The notes under the pieces: generated by a model
The model's input: the letters and a program-made list of their open reading frames with translations, nothing else
Told to the model about the DNA's origin: nothing
Databases searched by the model: none
Made by a program: the position numbers and the translations under genes
Origin: Coleofasciculus sp. B1-GNL1-01
GTDB taxonomy: Bacteria > Cyanobacteriota > Cyanobacteriia > Cyanobacteriales > Coleofasciculaceae
NCBI GenBank assembly: GCA_040220235.1
Contig: JAVJTO010000049.1
Reading direction: 5' to 3' (one strand)
DNA length: 64,000 nucleotides
In this document: piece after piece, positions 28,982 through 39,622 of the stretch
Layout: every line of letters begins with the position of its first letter
Position numbering within the stretch: the first letter of the stretch is position 1

Positions 28982-29129
28982 AGCTGTCATGCATTTAAAT
29001 TGGATATTGGTAGCGAGCAAGATGTTCAATGCAGCGAGCAAGATGCAAAGCCTGCGGCATGGCTTCGCTAAACGCACTACGGCAAGGATTGCGCCATTAT
29101 TAATATTAAGGTTTAAATACCGAACAGCT
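28982..29129 (+). mobile_element. TA-flanked MITE-like repeat, copy 3
   Basis: Same termini as copy 1; carries the nested insertion, an internal duplication and an upstream TAAGCTG stutter. Confidence 0.75.
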
Positions 29130-29169
29130 TATGTTGGGTAACGCTTACGCTCTACCTAACCGACTTGAA

Positions 29170-29784
29170 CTAACAACTAACCGACTGAAATATTTCTTCA
29201 GCGGTTAACTGTAAGTTAGGGAAAGCAACTGACTGGATACAGTCATTCCCTCGAAATTGGCTGACTTGGTATTCTCCATCCACTAAAACATAAATAGAAA
29301 CCGTTGGCTGTTTTGGATTACCAATAAATTTACGACCGCCCAGAGCCAAATGATCAACGATCCAGTATTCAGAAATTCCTATTCCTTCGTACTCCCCATA
29401 TTTTTTGTAGTAATCATCTCGCCAATTACTGCTAACCACTTCAATAACTAAAGGAATCGAAGCTGCCATAATTAAAGTAGACTCTTTTTTCCACAAGGGT
29501 TCGTTGCTCAATTTCAAACGATTGATCAACAAAATATCTGGCGAATAAGCCGATTCACTTGATGCTGATTTAACTAGCGCCGTTTTTGGAATAGAATAGG
29601 GAAGCTGGAGACGGACATATTCTAATGTCAGCTTTTCGGCTAAAAATCCCACAACGTCTTCATGTTCACCTGTAGGCTGTGGCATTTCAATAATGACTCC
29701 ATCATGCAGTTCATAGCGTTTATTGGCTGGCTTCCATTGGATAAATTCAGCGAAACTTATTGATTTTTGTAAGAATTGAACCAT
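29170..29784 (-). CDS. Uma2-family endonuclease-like protein
   Basis: RYELHDG, YSPD, LVIEVVS.NWRDDY and EYWIVD; ATG at 29784. Confidence 0.9.
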   Translation of the reverse strand: MVQFLQKSISFAEFIQWKPANKRYELHDGVIIEMPQPTGEHEDVVGFLAEKLTLEYVRLQLPYSIPKTALVKSASSESAYSPDILLINRLKLSNEPLWKKESTLIMAASIPLVIEVVSSNWRDDYYKKYGEYEGIGISEYWIVDHLALGGRKFIGNPKQPTVSIYVLVDGEYQVSQFRGNDCIQSVAFPNLQLTAEEIFQSVSC

Positions 29785-30115
29785 GATTATCACCACAATT
29801 GGGAACGGGGACATCAACTTCAATCACCCAAGGAATCGAACCCGTAGGGATACGGCATTGCCGTGCCTGTTTATCAAATTCAAAGGGTTGATTAACACGA
29901 TATCTAGCAAATAAGCCAGAGCTAGCCTAATCAATGATAAGATAAAACTTTGTCGCTGGATCACCCTTGCCCAAGCTACAGAAAGTCATTGAATCGGCAA
30001 CATCGGGAAATTGAAGCCTGAACGTCCCTTTTTTGTCAGCAGGCTTTCTGCCAAGGTAGGAAGAGGCAAGGGGATCTCCAAATAAAGCTCACCCATTCTC
30101 GGTTTCATCGTTTAC

Positions 30116-30943
30116 ATGAATATTCTTAGTAACCTGCTTTCCAAACCTGCCCAGCCGTCTCGTCCGAAAAAACAACGTCGGGGCATCGAAATTAAATCCG
30201 AGTCTGAACTTACTATTATGCGGCAGGCATCTAAAATAGTCGCTACCGTTCTCAAAGAAATTTCCGAACAGGTTAAACCGGGGATGACGACGGCAGATTT
30301 GGATGCTTATGCCGAAAAGCGCATCCGCGAAATGGGAGCAACGCCGAGTTTTAAAGGATACCATGGTTTCCCGGCTTCAATCTGTTCCTGTCTCAATAAC
30401 GAAGTGGTGCATGGAATTCCCAGTCGCAAAAAGGTGATTCGGGCGGGGGATTTGCTGAAAGTTGACACGGGGGCGTACTATGAAGGCTTCCATGGCGACT
30501 CCTGTATTACCATTGCCGTGGGTAATGTTAAACCCAACGCCGCCAAGTTACTAGAAGTCGCCGAAGCCGCACTGTATAAAGGAATCGAACAGGTAAAAGC
30601 GGGGAACTACCTGCTTGACATTGCGGGGGCGATCGAAGACCATGTTAACGCCAATAGTTTTTTTGTGGTGGAAGATTTCACCGGTCATGGGGTGGGACGC
30701 AACCTGCACGAAGAACCCTCTGTGTTTCACTTCCGCACTCGGCAAATGCCCAATGTAAAGTTACGGGAAGGGATGACTCTGGCAATTGAACCGATTATTA
30801 ATGCAGGTTCCAAGTTTACCCGGATCTTATCGGATCGTTGGACTGCCGTAACCGTCGATAATGCCCTATCCGCTCAGTTTGAGCATACCGTATTGGTGAC
30901 AGCCAATGGATACGAAATTTTAACTGACCGCAGCAAAGTGTGA
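30116..30943 (+). CDS. map: Type I methionine aminopeptidase
   Basis: [10 protein letters not shown]....HGDS, GHGVG..LHEEP, AIEP and SAQFEHT. Confidence 0.97.
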   Translation: MNILSNLLSKPAQPSRPKKQRRGIEIKSESELTIMRQASKIVATVLKEISEQVKPGMTTADLDAYAEKRIREMGATPSFKGYHGFPASICSCLNNEVVHGIPSRKKVIRAGDLLKVDTGAYYEGFHGDSCITIAVGNVKPNAAKLLEVAEAALYKGIEQVKAGNYLLDIAGAIEDHVNANSFFVVEDFTGHGVGRNLHEEPSVFHFRTRQMPNVKLREGMTLAIEPIINAGSKFTRILSDRWTAVTVDNALSAQFEHTVLVTANGYEILTDRSKV

Positions 30944-30982
30944 ACAAGTCGAGTTAAGATAGATCAACTCAAAACTTAGCCA

Positions 30983-31184
30983 GGGCGGGTTTAGTCACAT
31001 CTGGGTTAATCAGAAACGATAGTAGTAAAACCCGCCCCTACCCAAATCGGTTCGGGCGGGTTTAGTCACATCTGGGTTAATCAGAAATGATTAGTAGTAA
31101 AACCCGCCCCTACACAAATCGGTTCGGGCGGGTTTAGTCACATCTGGGTTAATCAGAAATGATAGTAGTAAAACCCGCCCCTAC
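30983..31184. repeat. Three tandem 71-72-nt REP-like hairpin units
   Basis: GGGCGGGTTT-near-identical loop-AAACCCGCCCCTAC starting at 30983, 31054 and 31126. Confidence 0.93.
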
Positions 31185-31248
31185 ACAAACACCAGGTTCC
31201 CTGAGCCTAGCGTTGGGTCAAAACTAATCGACATCCTAGAGGTATAAA

Positions 31249-32010
31249 ATGTCGGAAATTGTGTCGATTCACTCATTCCGTGGTGGTACGGGCAAATCAA
31301 ATGCTACAGCGAATCTAGCCGCGACTGTTGCTAAAGCTGGATATCGAGTCGGTATTGTTGATACTGATATCCAGTCTCCTGGCATTCACGTTCTTTTCGG
31401 CTTCGATGAGAACAAAATGAAAAATGCCCTAAATGATTACTTATGGGGGCGTTGTCAAATTCAAGATGCGGCGTATGATGTCAGTTCTATTCTCGGAGAA
31501 AACCGCAAAATCAATAGCAAAATCTATTTAATTCCGTCCAGTATTCGCATGGGAGAGATTACCCGGATTTTGCGAGAAGGGTACGATGTGAATATGCTGA
31601 TTGATGGGTTTGAGGATTTAATTCAAGCCTTAAAGCTAGACTATCTCTTCATTGATACTCACCCTGGTTTGAATGAAGAAACGCTACTATCTATCACCAT
31701 CTCTGACGTATTGCTCATTATTCTCCGTCCAGATCGCCAGGACTTTCAAGGAACGGCTGTTACCGTTGATGTGGCACGTAAGTTGCAAGTACCTAAGTTA
31801 TTGTTAATGGTGAATAAAGCCTATGAAACCCTTGACTTTAAGGCATTAGAGCAAGATATAGCCCAAACCTATCAAGCGACAGTTGCGGGAATTTTACCCT
31901 TATCCGAAGAGATGATTGAACTGGCTAGCGGTGACATTTTTTGCCTCCGCAATCCCAGTCATCCTTTAAGCCTAGAAATTAAAAAAGTGGCACAGCAAAT
32001 TATGACGTAA
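31249..32010 (+). CDS. MinD/ParA-family ATPase
   Basis: Deviant Walker A SFRGGTGKS, DTDIQSPG and IDTHPG. Confidence 0.9.
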   Translation: MSEIVSIHSFRGGTGKSNATANLAATVAKAGYRVGIVDTDIQSPGIHVLFGFDENKMKNALNDYLWGRCQIQDAAYDVSSILGENRKINSKIYLIPSSIRMGEITRILREGYDVNMLIDGFEDLIQALKLDYLFIDTHPGLNEETLLSITISDVLLIILRPDRQDFQGTAVTVDVARKLQVPKLLLMVNKAYETLDFKALEQDIAQTYQATVAGILPLSEEMIELASGDIFCLRNPSHPLSLEIKKVAQQIMT

Positions 32011-32286
32011 TTAAAACGGGGTTCGTAGTTGCGCTTTAGCGCTAAAAATCCTATCACTGACTGCAAACTCTAAAGTCAGCGAGATTTAAACTAAATAAGT
32101 ACCATGGATAATCTTGGATTGCCTCAGCAGGATTATTGACAGATTTGAATAAAGGGCGACCCGATCAAATTGAGTGGATACAGTTGTTAATTGGTGCAAA
32201 CGGGTCGCCCCTACAGGAGGACTAAAGGTGACATATTCTCAATTTATTCTATTTTTTGCGTGTCTTTAAAAAGGAGAAGAAAGCAG

Positions 32287-33081
32287 CTATCGTAACTGGA
32301 GTTCCTGCAACAAATTATTGACCCAAAGGGTATCTGCTTCTGACAATGAGGGTATCAGTTCTCGACTATAATCAATGGTGTAATCATAACCTGCTCGGTC
32401 GTAAACCTGATGCAGCAATGCTTGTAAATCCACTACAGGTTCTCTATCGCCTGCACGCAGAGGTATCGGAAACGCCGGAATTGGCTGCGGTAAATTAAAA
32501 GCATATAAATCTGCTTGAGGACGACGTTCTTGACGACTAATTAGAATTCGATAATCTGACTGAATTGTATTATTTAAGAGTGGCATCGGTTGCCATTGCC
32601 GCAGTAAGTCAATTTCAATTAAATGGGTCAAACTCCCAAAAATTTTCTGCCGTTTGTTAAGGTAGGTTTCTCGTCCTTTCCCAGTACGTTTGTTGACGGG
32701 GGAAATAATTTCAATCGCTGTCACGACTTGCCCGGTGACTAAATCTCGCACTTCTAGATAAGCTTGTTTGATTTGTTCGGGTATGGGTACAGTTACCGTC
32801 GTCGGTTGTTCAGCAGGTGGGGCAACAGCGACTGTTGATTCTTGGTTATCAGGATCATTGGGTTTTCTGTTGACTGTAACATCAGGAATTCCCAGCAAAA
32901 GCCCACTATCCCCATCAGTTTGGTTAATCTGATAAATGCGCTTTTCAATCGCGACTCGGTACTTAGGACGAACTTGGGGAACTAGAACATCAGAAATCGC
33001 CACAATCAAGCGATTGTGAACTTCCACCCAAAAGTCAGGATGTTCTAAATAGGGATTCATGCCGGGAAATGGAGAAGGCAT
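32287..33081 (-). CDS. DUF4058 family protein
   Basis: MPSPFPGMNPYLE, IEIISP.NK and HLIEIDLLR. Confidence 0.9.
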   Translation of the reverse strand: MPSPFPGMNPYLEHPDFWVEVHNRLIVAISDVLVPQVRPKYRVAIEKRIYQINQTDGDSGLLLGIPDVTVNRKPNDPDNQESTVAVAPPAEQPTTVTVPIPEQIKQAYLEVRDLVTGQVVTAIEIISPVNKRTGKGRETYLNKRQKIFGSLTHLIEIDLLRQWQPMPLLNNTIQSDYRILISRQERRPQADLYAFNLPQPIPAFPIPLRAGDREPVVDLQALLHQVYDRAGYDYTIDYSRELIPSLSEADTLWVNNLLQELQLR

Positions 33082-33159
33082 ATTAATTCGTCATTCGTCA
33101 TTCGTCATTTGTCATTCGTCATTTGTACAAGAGGGAGGATTGATTCATATCTGGGTGAA

Positions 33160-34416
33160 TTAAGTAAAGGAATACAGAGAAGCCAACATTGTATCTATGG
33201 CACTCCGTAATGCCGTTGCGGCACCAGCACTCATATCACGGGGAACACAGACACGATTTCTCAAGTAGGACAGAGTAATTGCTCCTATCGCTTCTATTGA
33301 GACACCCTCACCTTCATTTTTATTAACAGGTTTACTAAAGAGTAACGCCGTATTTTCATTCACCAGATAATTGGCAACCAATTTGAGATAAAAGTCAATA
33401 TACTCCTCCAGCATCGGTGAAGCTTCTGGATTAGTCCACGCCGTTATCCCCGAATTTTTTAGAATATCAGCGCTCATAATTTTGTGGTTATCACTCAATC
33501 GAGCAGCGGCTTCCCATCGTCCTTCATTTGTCTGAGTGGTTTCAGTTTGGGGGACAGTTTGGCTTCCCTGGCTAATCGGTTTTAAACCAAATAGTTTTTG
33601 CATGACTAAATTGTTGGTTTTATCATCCGGTTTTACCTTCTGATACGCCGGACGCTGATAGATGGCGTTAAACCAGCGCTGTAGATTGGGGAACCGTTCA
33701 TTTCCTTGCAACTGATACCCTCGAAATAGAGGTAAATTTGCATCCAAACGCTTTAAAGCTGGTGTATACATAATATCCACCACGCTAAACTCTGGCAGAA
33801 AATATGCACCTGGATATTGACCTAAAGCCTGTTCAACCTGAGCTAATTGTGTTTCAAATTGTGTCCGTAAAACGTCTAAATCGACTTCAGGTTCGTCTTG
33901 AGGATTAGACGTGAATGGTTTTCCTCGGAGAAATTGGAAGCCCGCTTGGATAAACTCTCCCGTATCACAGGCTTCTATCATCTCCAAGGCAATCGATTTT
34001 GCCGCTGGTTCTTGAGGTAATAACGGCAAAGCTGAAAATTTTTCCTCTAAGGCTAAGAGGATACTTTTTGACTCATAAACCAATTCCCCAAAAATTTTCA
34101 CCGCCGGGACAAGCCCTGTCGGCACCATGTCTGTGTACCACTTTGGCTTATTTCGTAAGTCGATTAACTCAACATTAAAGGGAATTTCTTTTTCTTCTAA
34201 AGCAAACCAAACTCGCTCACAGAAAGGACACCAGGCATTGGTATCTCGATAGAGTAAGACGGGGGCTTTCTGCCCTTGAGTAATTTTGTCAAGATGAGTT
34301 GAAATGGATACAGTCGAAGGACTTTTTCCGGGTCTAAGTTCCCATTTTACTGATGCTTTAGGTGTGGCAATGTCTAAGAGTTCTTGCCAAGTTTTTAAGG
34401 TTTCCTGAACTAACAT
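33160..34416 (-). CDS. Glutathione S-transferase family protein
   Basis: YRD.NAWCPFC, GLVPA, ES and a C-terminal VPRDMS. Confidence 0.9.
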   Translation of the reverse strand: MLVQETLKTWQELLDIATPKASVKWELRPGKSPSTVSISTHLDKITQGQKAPVLLYRDTNAWCPFCERVWFALEEKEIPFNVELIDLRNKPKWYTDMVPTGLVPAVKIFGELVYESKSILLALEEKFSALPLLPQEPAAKSIALEMIEACDTGEFIQAGFQFLRGKPFTSNPQDEPEVDLDVLRTQFETQLAQVEQALGQYPGAYFLPEFSVVDIMYTPALKRLDANLPLFRGYQLQGNERFPNLQRWFNAIYQRPAYQKVKPDDKTNNLVMQKLFGLKPISQGSQTVPQTETTQTNEGRWEAAARLSDNHKIMSADILKNSGITAWTNPEASPMLEEYIDFYLKLVANYLVNENTALLFSKPVNKNEGEGVSIEAIGAITLSYLRNRVCVPRDMSAGAATALRSAIDTMLASLYSFT

Positions 34417-34431
34417 ACTCTATCCCCTTTC

Positions 34432-35727
34432 TTAAATACCTAAACGTTGATAGATCTCGTCGAGATGGCGAAAATGATGTTGGGGATTAAAACAGTCCTC
34501 AATTTCATCCGGTGTTAGCTGATTTTGAACCCGCGAATCTTGGGCGATGAGTTCCCGGAAATTTCCCCCCGGTTGATTCCATGCCTGATGAGCGCAAGAC
34601 TGGACAATACTGTAGGCGTCTTCTCGACTGGTTCCCTTTTCTACGAGAGTTAACATGACTCGTTGACTAAAGATTACGCCGCCATACCGATTCAGATTCC
34701 GCTTCATGTTTTCTGGGTACACCAATAGGTGTTTGACTAAATGAGTCATTTCATGAAGCATAAAGTGGGTCAAAATGCAAGTGTCGGGCAGGATAATTCG
34801 TTCCACAGAGGAGTGAGAAATATCTCGTTCGTGCCATAGTGCCATATTCTCCAATGCAGCGATCGCATGACCCCGCAGAATCCGCGCCATCCCGCTTAGG
34901 CGTTCAGACCGAATCGGGTTACGCTTATGGGGCATGGCAGAAGAACCTTTTTGTCCTTTGGCAAAGAATTCTTCAACTTCTAAGACATCGGTGCGTTGTA
35001 AGTTGCGAATTTCTACCGCAAAGCGTTCCAGAGACGCCCCTAACAGGGCGAATTGCTGGACAAATTCACCATGACGATCGCGCGAAATGACTTGAGTTGA
35101 TGCCATATCTGGATCAAGTCCCAGTTTCTGACAGGCGATCGCTTCCACACGGGGGTCAGTATTGGCGTAGGTTCCCACTGCACCCGAAATTTTACCGACA
35201 GCAATATGGTGACGCAAATTCACCAAGCGATCGCGGTGTCGCAAAATTTCCGCCAACCACCCAGCTAGCTTGAAACCAAAGGTAATCGGTTCCGCATGAA
35301 TTCCGTGCGATCGCCCAATCATCACCGTGTAGCGATGTTGTTGCGCCTGATAGCGAATCGCTTGAATCAGTTGCTCCAAGCATTCCACAATTAGATTCAG
35401 ACTGGCAACCAGTTGTAATGCCAACGCCGTATCTAAAACATCAGAACTGGTTAATCCCAGGTGGATGTAGCGCCCCACATCCCCCACATACTCATTCACA
35501 TTCGTCAGGAATGCGATCATATCATGACGGACTTCCGCCTCAATTTCCAAGATGCGATCGACATCAAAATTTGCCTTCGCCTTAATTTCCGCAACCGCAT
35601 CCGCCGGAATTTCACCCAATTCCGCTTTTGCCTCACAAACCGCAATTTCCACCTGTAGCCAGGTTTTGAACTTATAGGTATCCGTCCAGAGTTCGCCCAT
35701 TTCAGGCAAGGTATAGCGCTCGATCAA
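34432..35727 (-). CDS. purB: Adenylosuccinate lyase
   Basis: GSSAMPHKRNP, HLGLTSSD, RSHGIHAEP and WHERDISHSS; TTG start at 35727 (MIERY). Confidence 0.97.
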   Translation of the reverse strand: MIERYTLPEMGELWTDTYKFKTWLQVEIAVCEAKAELGEIPADAVAEIKAKANFDVDRILEIEAEVRHDMIAFLTNVNEYVGDVGRYIHLGLTSSDVLDTALALQLVASLNLIVECLEQLIQAIRYQAQQHRYTVMIGRSHGIHAEPITFGFKLAGWLAEILRHRDRLVNLRHHIAVGKISGAVGTYANTDPRVEAIACQKLGLDPDMASTQVISRDRHGEFVQQFALLGASLERFAVEIRNLQRTDVLEVEEFFAKGQKGSSAMPHKRNPIRSERLSGMARILRGHAIAALENMALWHERDISHSSVERIILPDTCILTHFMLHEMTHLVKHLLVYPENMKRNLNRYGGVIFSQRVMLTLVEKGTSREDAYSIVQSCAHQAWNQPGGNFRELIAQDSRVQNQLTPDEIEDCFNPQHHFRHLDEIYQRLGI

Positions 35728-35903
35728 TGCCTGTATTGCCCAATACAACCGTCATATTGTACAACTGTGCTTTGGTTTATTCCATTGTTTTAGCGGTTGG
35801 ATTGTAAAAGCTTGGTAATAGGTTGACATAAGTCCGCCTTTGTGGGCAGGTATCCTTCAGACTTGCAGGATAAACTAGCAAAAGTACCTATTGCAATATT
35901 TCC

Positions 35904-36293
35904 ATGTTTGATATTACGTCCCTACTTGAATTTTCCCGCGCCCATTGTGTGGCGATTTGTGGGGGATTAGTTCCCCTAAACTTACTGCTGACATTACAGA
36001 CGATGATTTTGACGGGACTCCAGCGCCCTCAACGTCAGGTGCGGTTAGCGGCTGCATTTGCCTGTCTTCCGGCTGGGGTGATGGTTCTCCATGTTTGGAC
36101 ATGGTTGATGATTGGGGTGGTGATGGCACCCACGTTCATCTTGTTAGGGTTAGCTTGTATCTGTGTGGGGATTAATGTCTGGGCAAATCTTTCCCCGCAA
36201 ACGATGGCGGGTGTACTGCGAGGGGGGTGGTTCTGGGTTATGAGGCGTGTCCGCCATTCTGATAAGGGGAATGATTCTGTAGTTGTCTCTTAA
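35904..36293 (+). CDS. Cyanobacterial hypothetical membrane protein
   Basis: Three hydrophobic segments; EFSR.HC.AIC..LVP.NL and HV.TW..IGVVM.PT. Confidence 0.75.
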   Translation: MFDITSLLEFSRAHCVAICGGLVPLNLLLTLQTMILTGLQRPQRQVRLAAAFACLPAGVMVLHVWTWLMIGVVMAPTFILLGLACICVGINVWANLSPQTMAGVLRGGWFWVMRRVRHSDKGNDSVVVS

Positions 36294-36634
36294 TTAAGTT
36301 CAAAGAACCAGCATCCCCGATTTCCCTGAGAAGTCGGGGATTTGGCGGGTGCTAATCGCGCCAGTTGCCCAACCCCTCGGTAATAACCTAAGCCAATTAC
36401 TGAGGAAGGCGTGACTTTACCTGACGTTTAATTCTCTGCAACGCTTGATTTGCCAGGTTTTGAGCCGTTTTCGGGCTGGGGGTTCGTGGTGAAGTTTTGA
36501 GAGCGTTTGTCGAGTCTTCATAAAAACTTTATATAAATACTGAGATTTCGGGCTACATCTTTACCAAAACTTTATAGACTTAAAGCTTTATCGTACTAAT
36601 ATCTATCTAGAGAGACAAATTTACATCTACTTCA

Positions 36635-37450
36635 ATGGAGTTTATTATGAGTCAAGGATTTATAAAGTCTACTCAACAATTATCGATGGCGGCTGCAGTA
36701 GGAGCAATAGCGGCTACTACGTTAAGCGTTAATCCCGCCAGTGCTTTTTCAATTACAGCGGGCGGTCAGCCAATCGGAAGTCCTCTGGCAAATGAGGGTA
36801 TTACTACCGAAGTACCTAATACCATTGTTATCGATTTTAATGATGCTGTTGACTCTCCGTTTACAACAGTCGATCAAGTCGCTCAAAATGGCGCTATGTA
36901 CTCTCCGGGAAATGCCTTAGTCATCAATAACAATGGCGCTCTTGTTCCAACGACAGGTGCTGTTCCTTATTCCGGTCCCCCACCTGCTGGACAAGTCAAC
37001 AACACTTCAGCCTACCTTTCACTTCCGACAAATTCTAACCAAGGCGTTGGTACTAGCGTAGTTACCATTACATTACCCAAATTGTCCAACTACTGGGGCA
37101 TGCACTGGGGTTCTATGGACTCTACGAACAAAATTGAATTTTTGCGGGATGATGTAGCGTTTGCAGAGTTTACACCAGATGATTTTGCAGGTTTAGGAGT
37201 GGGTCCTGCGCCAGGTGGGGGAAACCAGCAAAACGAATCAAATAACCCCTACATGAATTTCTTTTCTGAAGACTCAGGAGAATGGTTTAACGGTGTACGA
37301 CTGACTCAAGAAGGTAACAATTCTGGTATTGCCTTTGAAAGCGACAACCACGCTTATCGTCCAGTTCCCGAACCTCTCACCATTCTGGGTTCTGGCTTGG
37401 CTTTAGGATTTGGCGCTATCTTCAAAAAACAACAGTCACGGCGGCGTTAG
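36635..37450 (+). CDS. PEP-CTERM exosortase-sorted surface protein (Npun_F0296-like)
   Basis: Signal peptide ending PASA, YWGMHWGSMD, FESDNHA and a VPEP-TM-basic tail. Confidence 0.9.
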   Translation: MEFIMSQGFIKSTQQLSMAAAVGAIAATTLSVNPASAFSITAGGQPIGSPLANEGITTEVPNTIVIDFNDAVDSPFTTVDQVAQNGAMYSPGNALVINNNGALVPTTGAVPYSGPPPAGQVNNTSAYLSLPTNSNQGVGTSVVTITLPKLSNYWGMHWGSMDSTNKIEFLRDDVAFAEFTPDDFAGLGVGPAPGGGNQQNESNNPYMNFFSEDSGEWFNGVRLTQEGNNSGIAFESDNHAYRPVPEPLTILGSGLALGFGAIFKKQQSRRR

Positions 37451-37738
37451 TTAATTCACTCCTTATCTCATAACCTTTACTTCTGTGTAGAGACGTGCCA
37501 TGGTACGTCTCTATAATTTTGCGTGGATTCCTGCAACGGATTGATAAACATCAGAGTTTTCTTCCGACTCCGACTTCGCCCAGTAATTCTCCTTTTACCG
37601 AATCTTTATATAAACCCTGCTATTAATTCTGCTATCTTCACGGAAGCTTCACCTAAAAGCAAGCTTCATTAAATTAACATCTACCTAGAGAAACAAATAA
37701 AGTTCTCTTTATAAAGACTAGATGAGCTTGATAACGCT

Positions 37739-38515
37739 ATGACAATGAATAAGGATGCATCAATCATTACTACCGTGGCTGCTACAGCAACGGCTATGAT
37801 AGGGGTTATTTCTCTCAGTGGTTTTACGATTACTACGGGCGGTGAACTTAAAGGTAGCCCAGCCGGAAGTGAGGGACTGACTACCAGTAGACCCGGTGCT
37901 GTGGTGATTGATTTCAATGACGCGCCTAAGCTTGACTTCACCAAGGTTGGTGAAGTTAATCAAAAAGGAGCAACCTACTCTCCAGACGACGCATTAGTCA
38001 TCAACAACGGGGGTAAACTTGTAGAAACAAAAGGGGCAGTTCCCTTTTCCAGTTCTACACAAGAAAACACCTCAGCTTACTTATCACTACCGACCAATTC
38101 TCAGGATGATGAAGACATCGAGCAAGTCTCGATTCAGTTACCCAAACCATCCAGCTATTGGGGGATGCATTGGGGATCTATGGATGCGAGTAATCAAATT
38201 GAATTCTTCCGAGGTGATACCCGTTTAGCCCGGTTTACGCCTGATGATTTTGTCAGTTTGGGAGTGGGTCCTGGCGTTGGGGGTGATAATCAAACAGAGG
38301 AATCTAACAATCCTTATATCAATTTCTCGGCTGAGGGATCAGATCAATGGTTTGATAAGGTGGTGTTGACTCAACTGGGTGATGATGACACTATCGCCTT
38401 TGAAAGCGATAACCACGCTTATGATGCAGTCCCTGAACCCCTGACGATTCTGGGATCAGGGTTGGCTTTGGGATTTGGCGCTTTGTTCAAAAAACAACAG
38501 TCACGGCGGCGTTAG
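37739..38515 (+). CDS. PEP-CTERM surface protein, tandem paralog
   Basis: Same motifs and a near-identical sorting signal. Confidence 0.9.
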   Translation: MTMNKDASIITTVAATATAMIGVISLSGFTITTGGELKGSPAGSEGLTTSRPGAVVIDFNDAPKLDFTKVGEVNQKGATYSPDDALVINNGGKLVETKGAVPFSSSTQENTSAYLSLPTNSQDDEDIEQVSIQLPKPSSYWGMHWGSMDASNQIEFFRGDTRLARFTPDDFVSLGVGPGVGGDNQTEESNNPYINFSAEGSDQWFDKVVLTQLGDDDTIAFESDNHAYDAVPEPLTILGSGLALGFGALFKKQQSRRR

Positions 38516-38709
38516 TCAATTCACTTCTTGCTCATCACCTTTAGTAGAGACGTTGCATGCAACGTCTCTACAATGTTGTTGGGATGGCTTCACAGCCAGA
38601 GGTTTACGCACGATGAACCATCAGCGATAAGCTTAGGAATATATTCCACACAACCAAGAACTGCTTTAGGCTATCACTTAGAAGCAGTGCCACAGTCTCA
38701 CAATAGGCG

Positions 38710-39609
38710 ATGACCACATTACTAACGCTTTTTAGCAAACAACGGCAGGAACTGCAAGGCGCGATCGATAAAACCACCAATTCAGAACAGGTGGTGATGC
38801 TGGTGCAAAACCAACTCAATACTCTGGAAAGCAGTTACATTGGGGGACTGAGTGTCTCTCAAGTGCGTCTGGCGGCGTTTTTCCTGGATGCACTGCGCCA
38901 GTCTGTGGCGACACTAGCGGCGGCGAATCCCACCAACCCGATGCGGGTTACCCCCCCAGAATCGGAGTCAGAGGCTAAACCAGGGCGACAATTATCTCCC
39001 AAACGCCTGATTCTCAAAGTTCTTCAGGGACTTCTCTGTATCGGTATCTTAGATTCGCTGTTCAATTTGAGTTCCGATGCGCCAGGGGCGTGGTTAGATA
39101 TTTTGCTGATGGCGTTGTTAGTTGGGTTAGAGGTTGTCTCCCAACTGGATAAAGGTTTTCCAGAAAACCCTACAGATACACTTGAATCAACCGTCTCTCA
39201 GTTTACCCTGCGAATCGATAGCCAAGTCTTATTAGATAATATAGCTGAGGCGCTCAATACGATTGATTTAGCCGTTGCTCAAGCCCAAGATGGGAAGAAA
39301 ACCGTCGAGGCGAATGCAATTGAGGAACAACCCGAACTATTAAATCTGCTACAACGGTTGATAGGCGCATCATTTCTAGAAAAGCCTCAGATGGCGCTAG
39401 AACTGACTAAACTGATACCCCAAATTTTGGTTGAGCAGGGGATTGAAGCCCAACTCTATCACCCGGATGATGTCAAAAGTCATCGGGAGTATTTTGACTT
39501 CGAGCCAAGTATCAACCCCAATGCTAAAGAGTATATTACAATTGCGCCCGCTTTAGTCAAAGGCGATCGCCTATTGCGGCGGGGACGGGTAATTGAACCG
39601 AGACGCTAA
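38710..39609 (+). CDS. Hypothetical two-TM protein with a GrpE-like C-terminus
   Basis: Ends ITIAPALVKGDRLLRRGRV; 13 bp upstream of an Hsp70-like gene. Confidence 0.7.
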   Translation: MTTLLTLFSKQRQELQGAIDKTTNSEQVVMLVQNQLNTLESSYIGGLSVSQVRLAAFFLDALRQSVATLAAANPTNPMRVTPPESESEAKPGRQLSPKRLILKVLQGLLCIGILDSLFNLSSDAPGAWLDILLMALLVGLEVVSQLDKGFPENPTDTLESTVSQFTLRIDSQVLLDNIAEALNTIDLAVAQAQDGKKTVEANAIEEQPELLNLLQRLIGASFLEKPQMALELTKLIPQILVEQGIEAQLYHPDDVKSHREYFDFEPSINPNAKEYITIAPALVKGDRLLRRGRVIEPRR

Positions 39610-39622
39610 TAAATAATCAATT

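Noticed and set aside
30983..31184. Possible CRISPR array
   Set aside because: The intervening sequences are near-identical rather than unique spacers, the units are REP hairpins, and no cas genes are present
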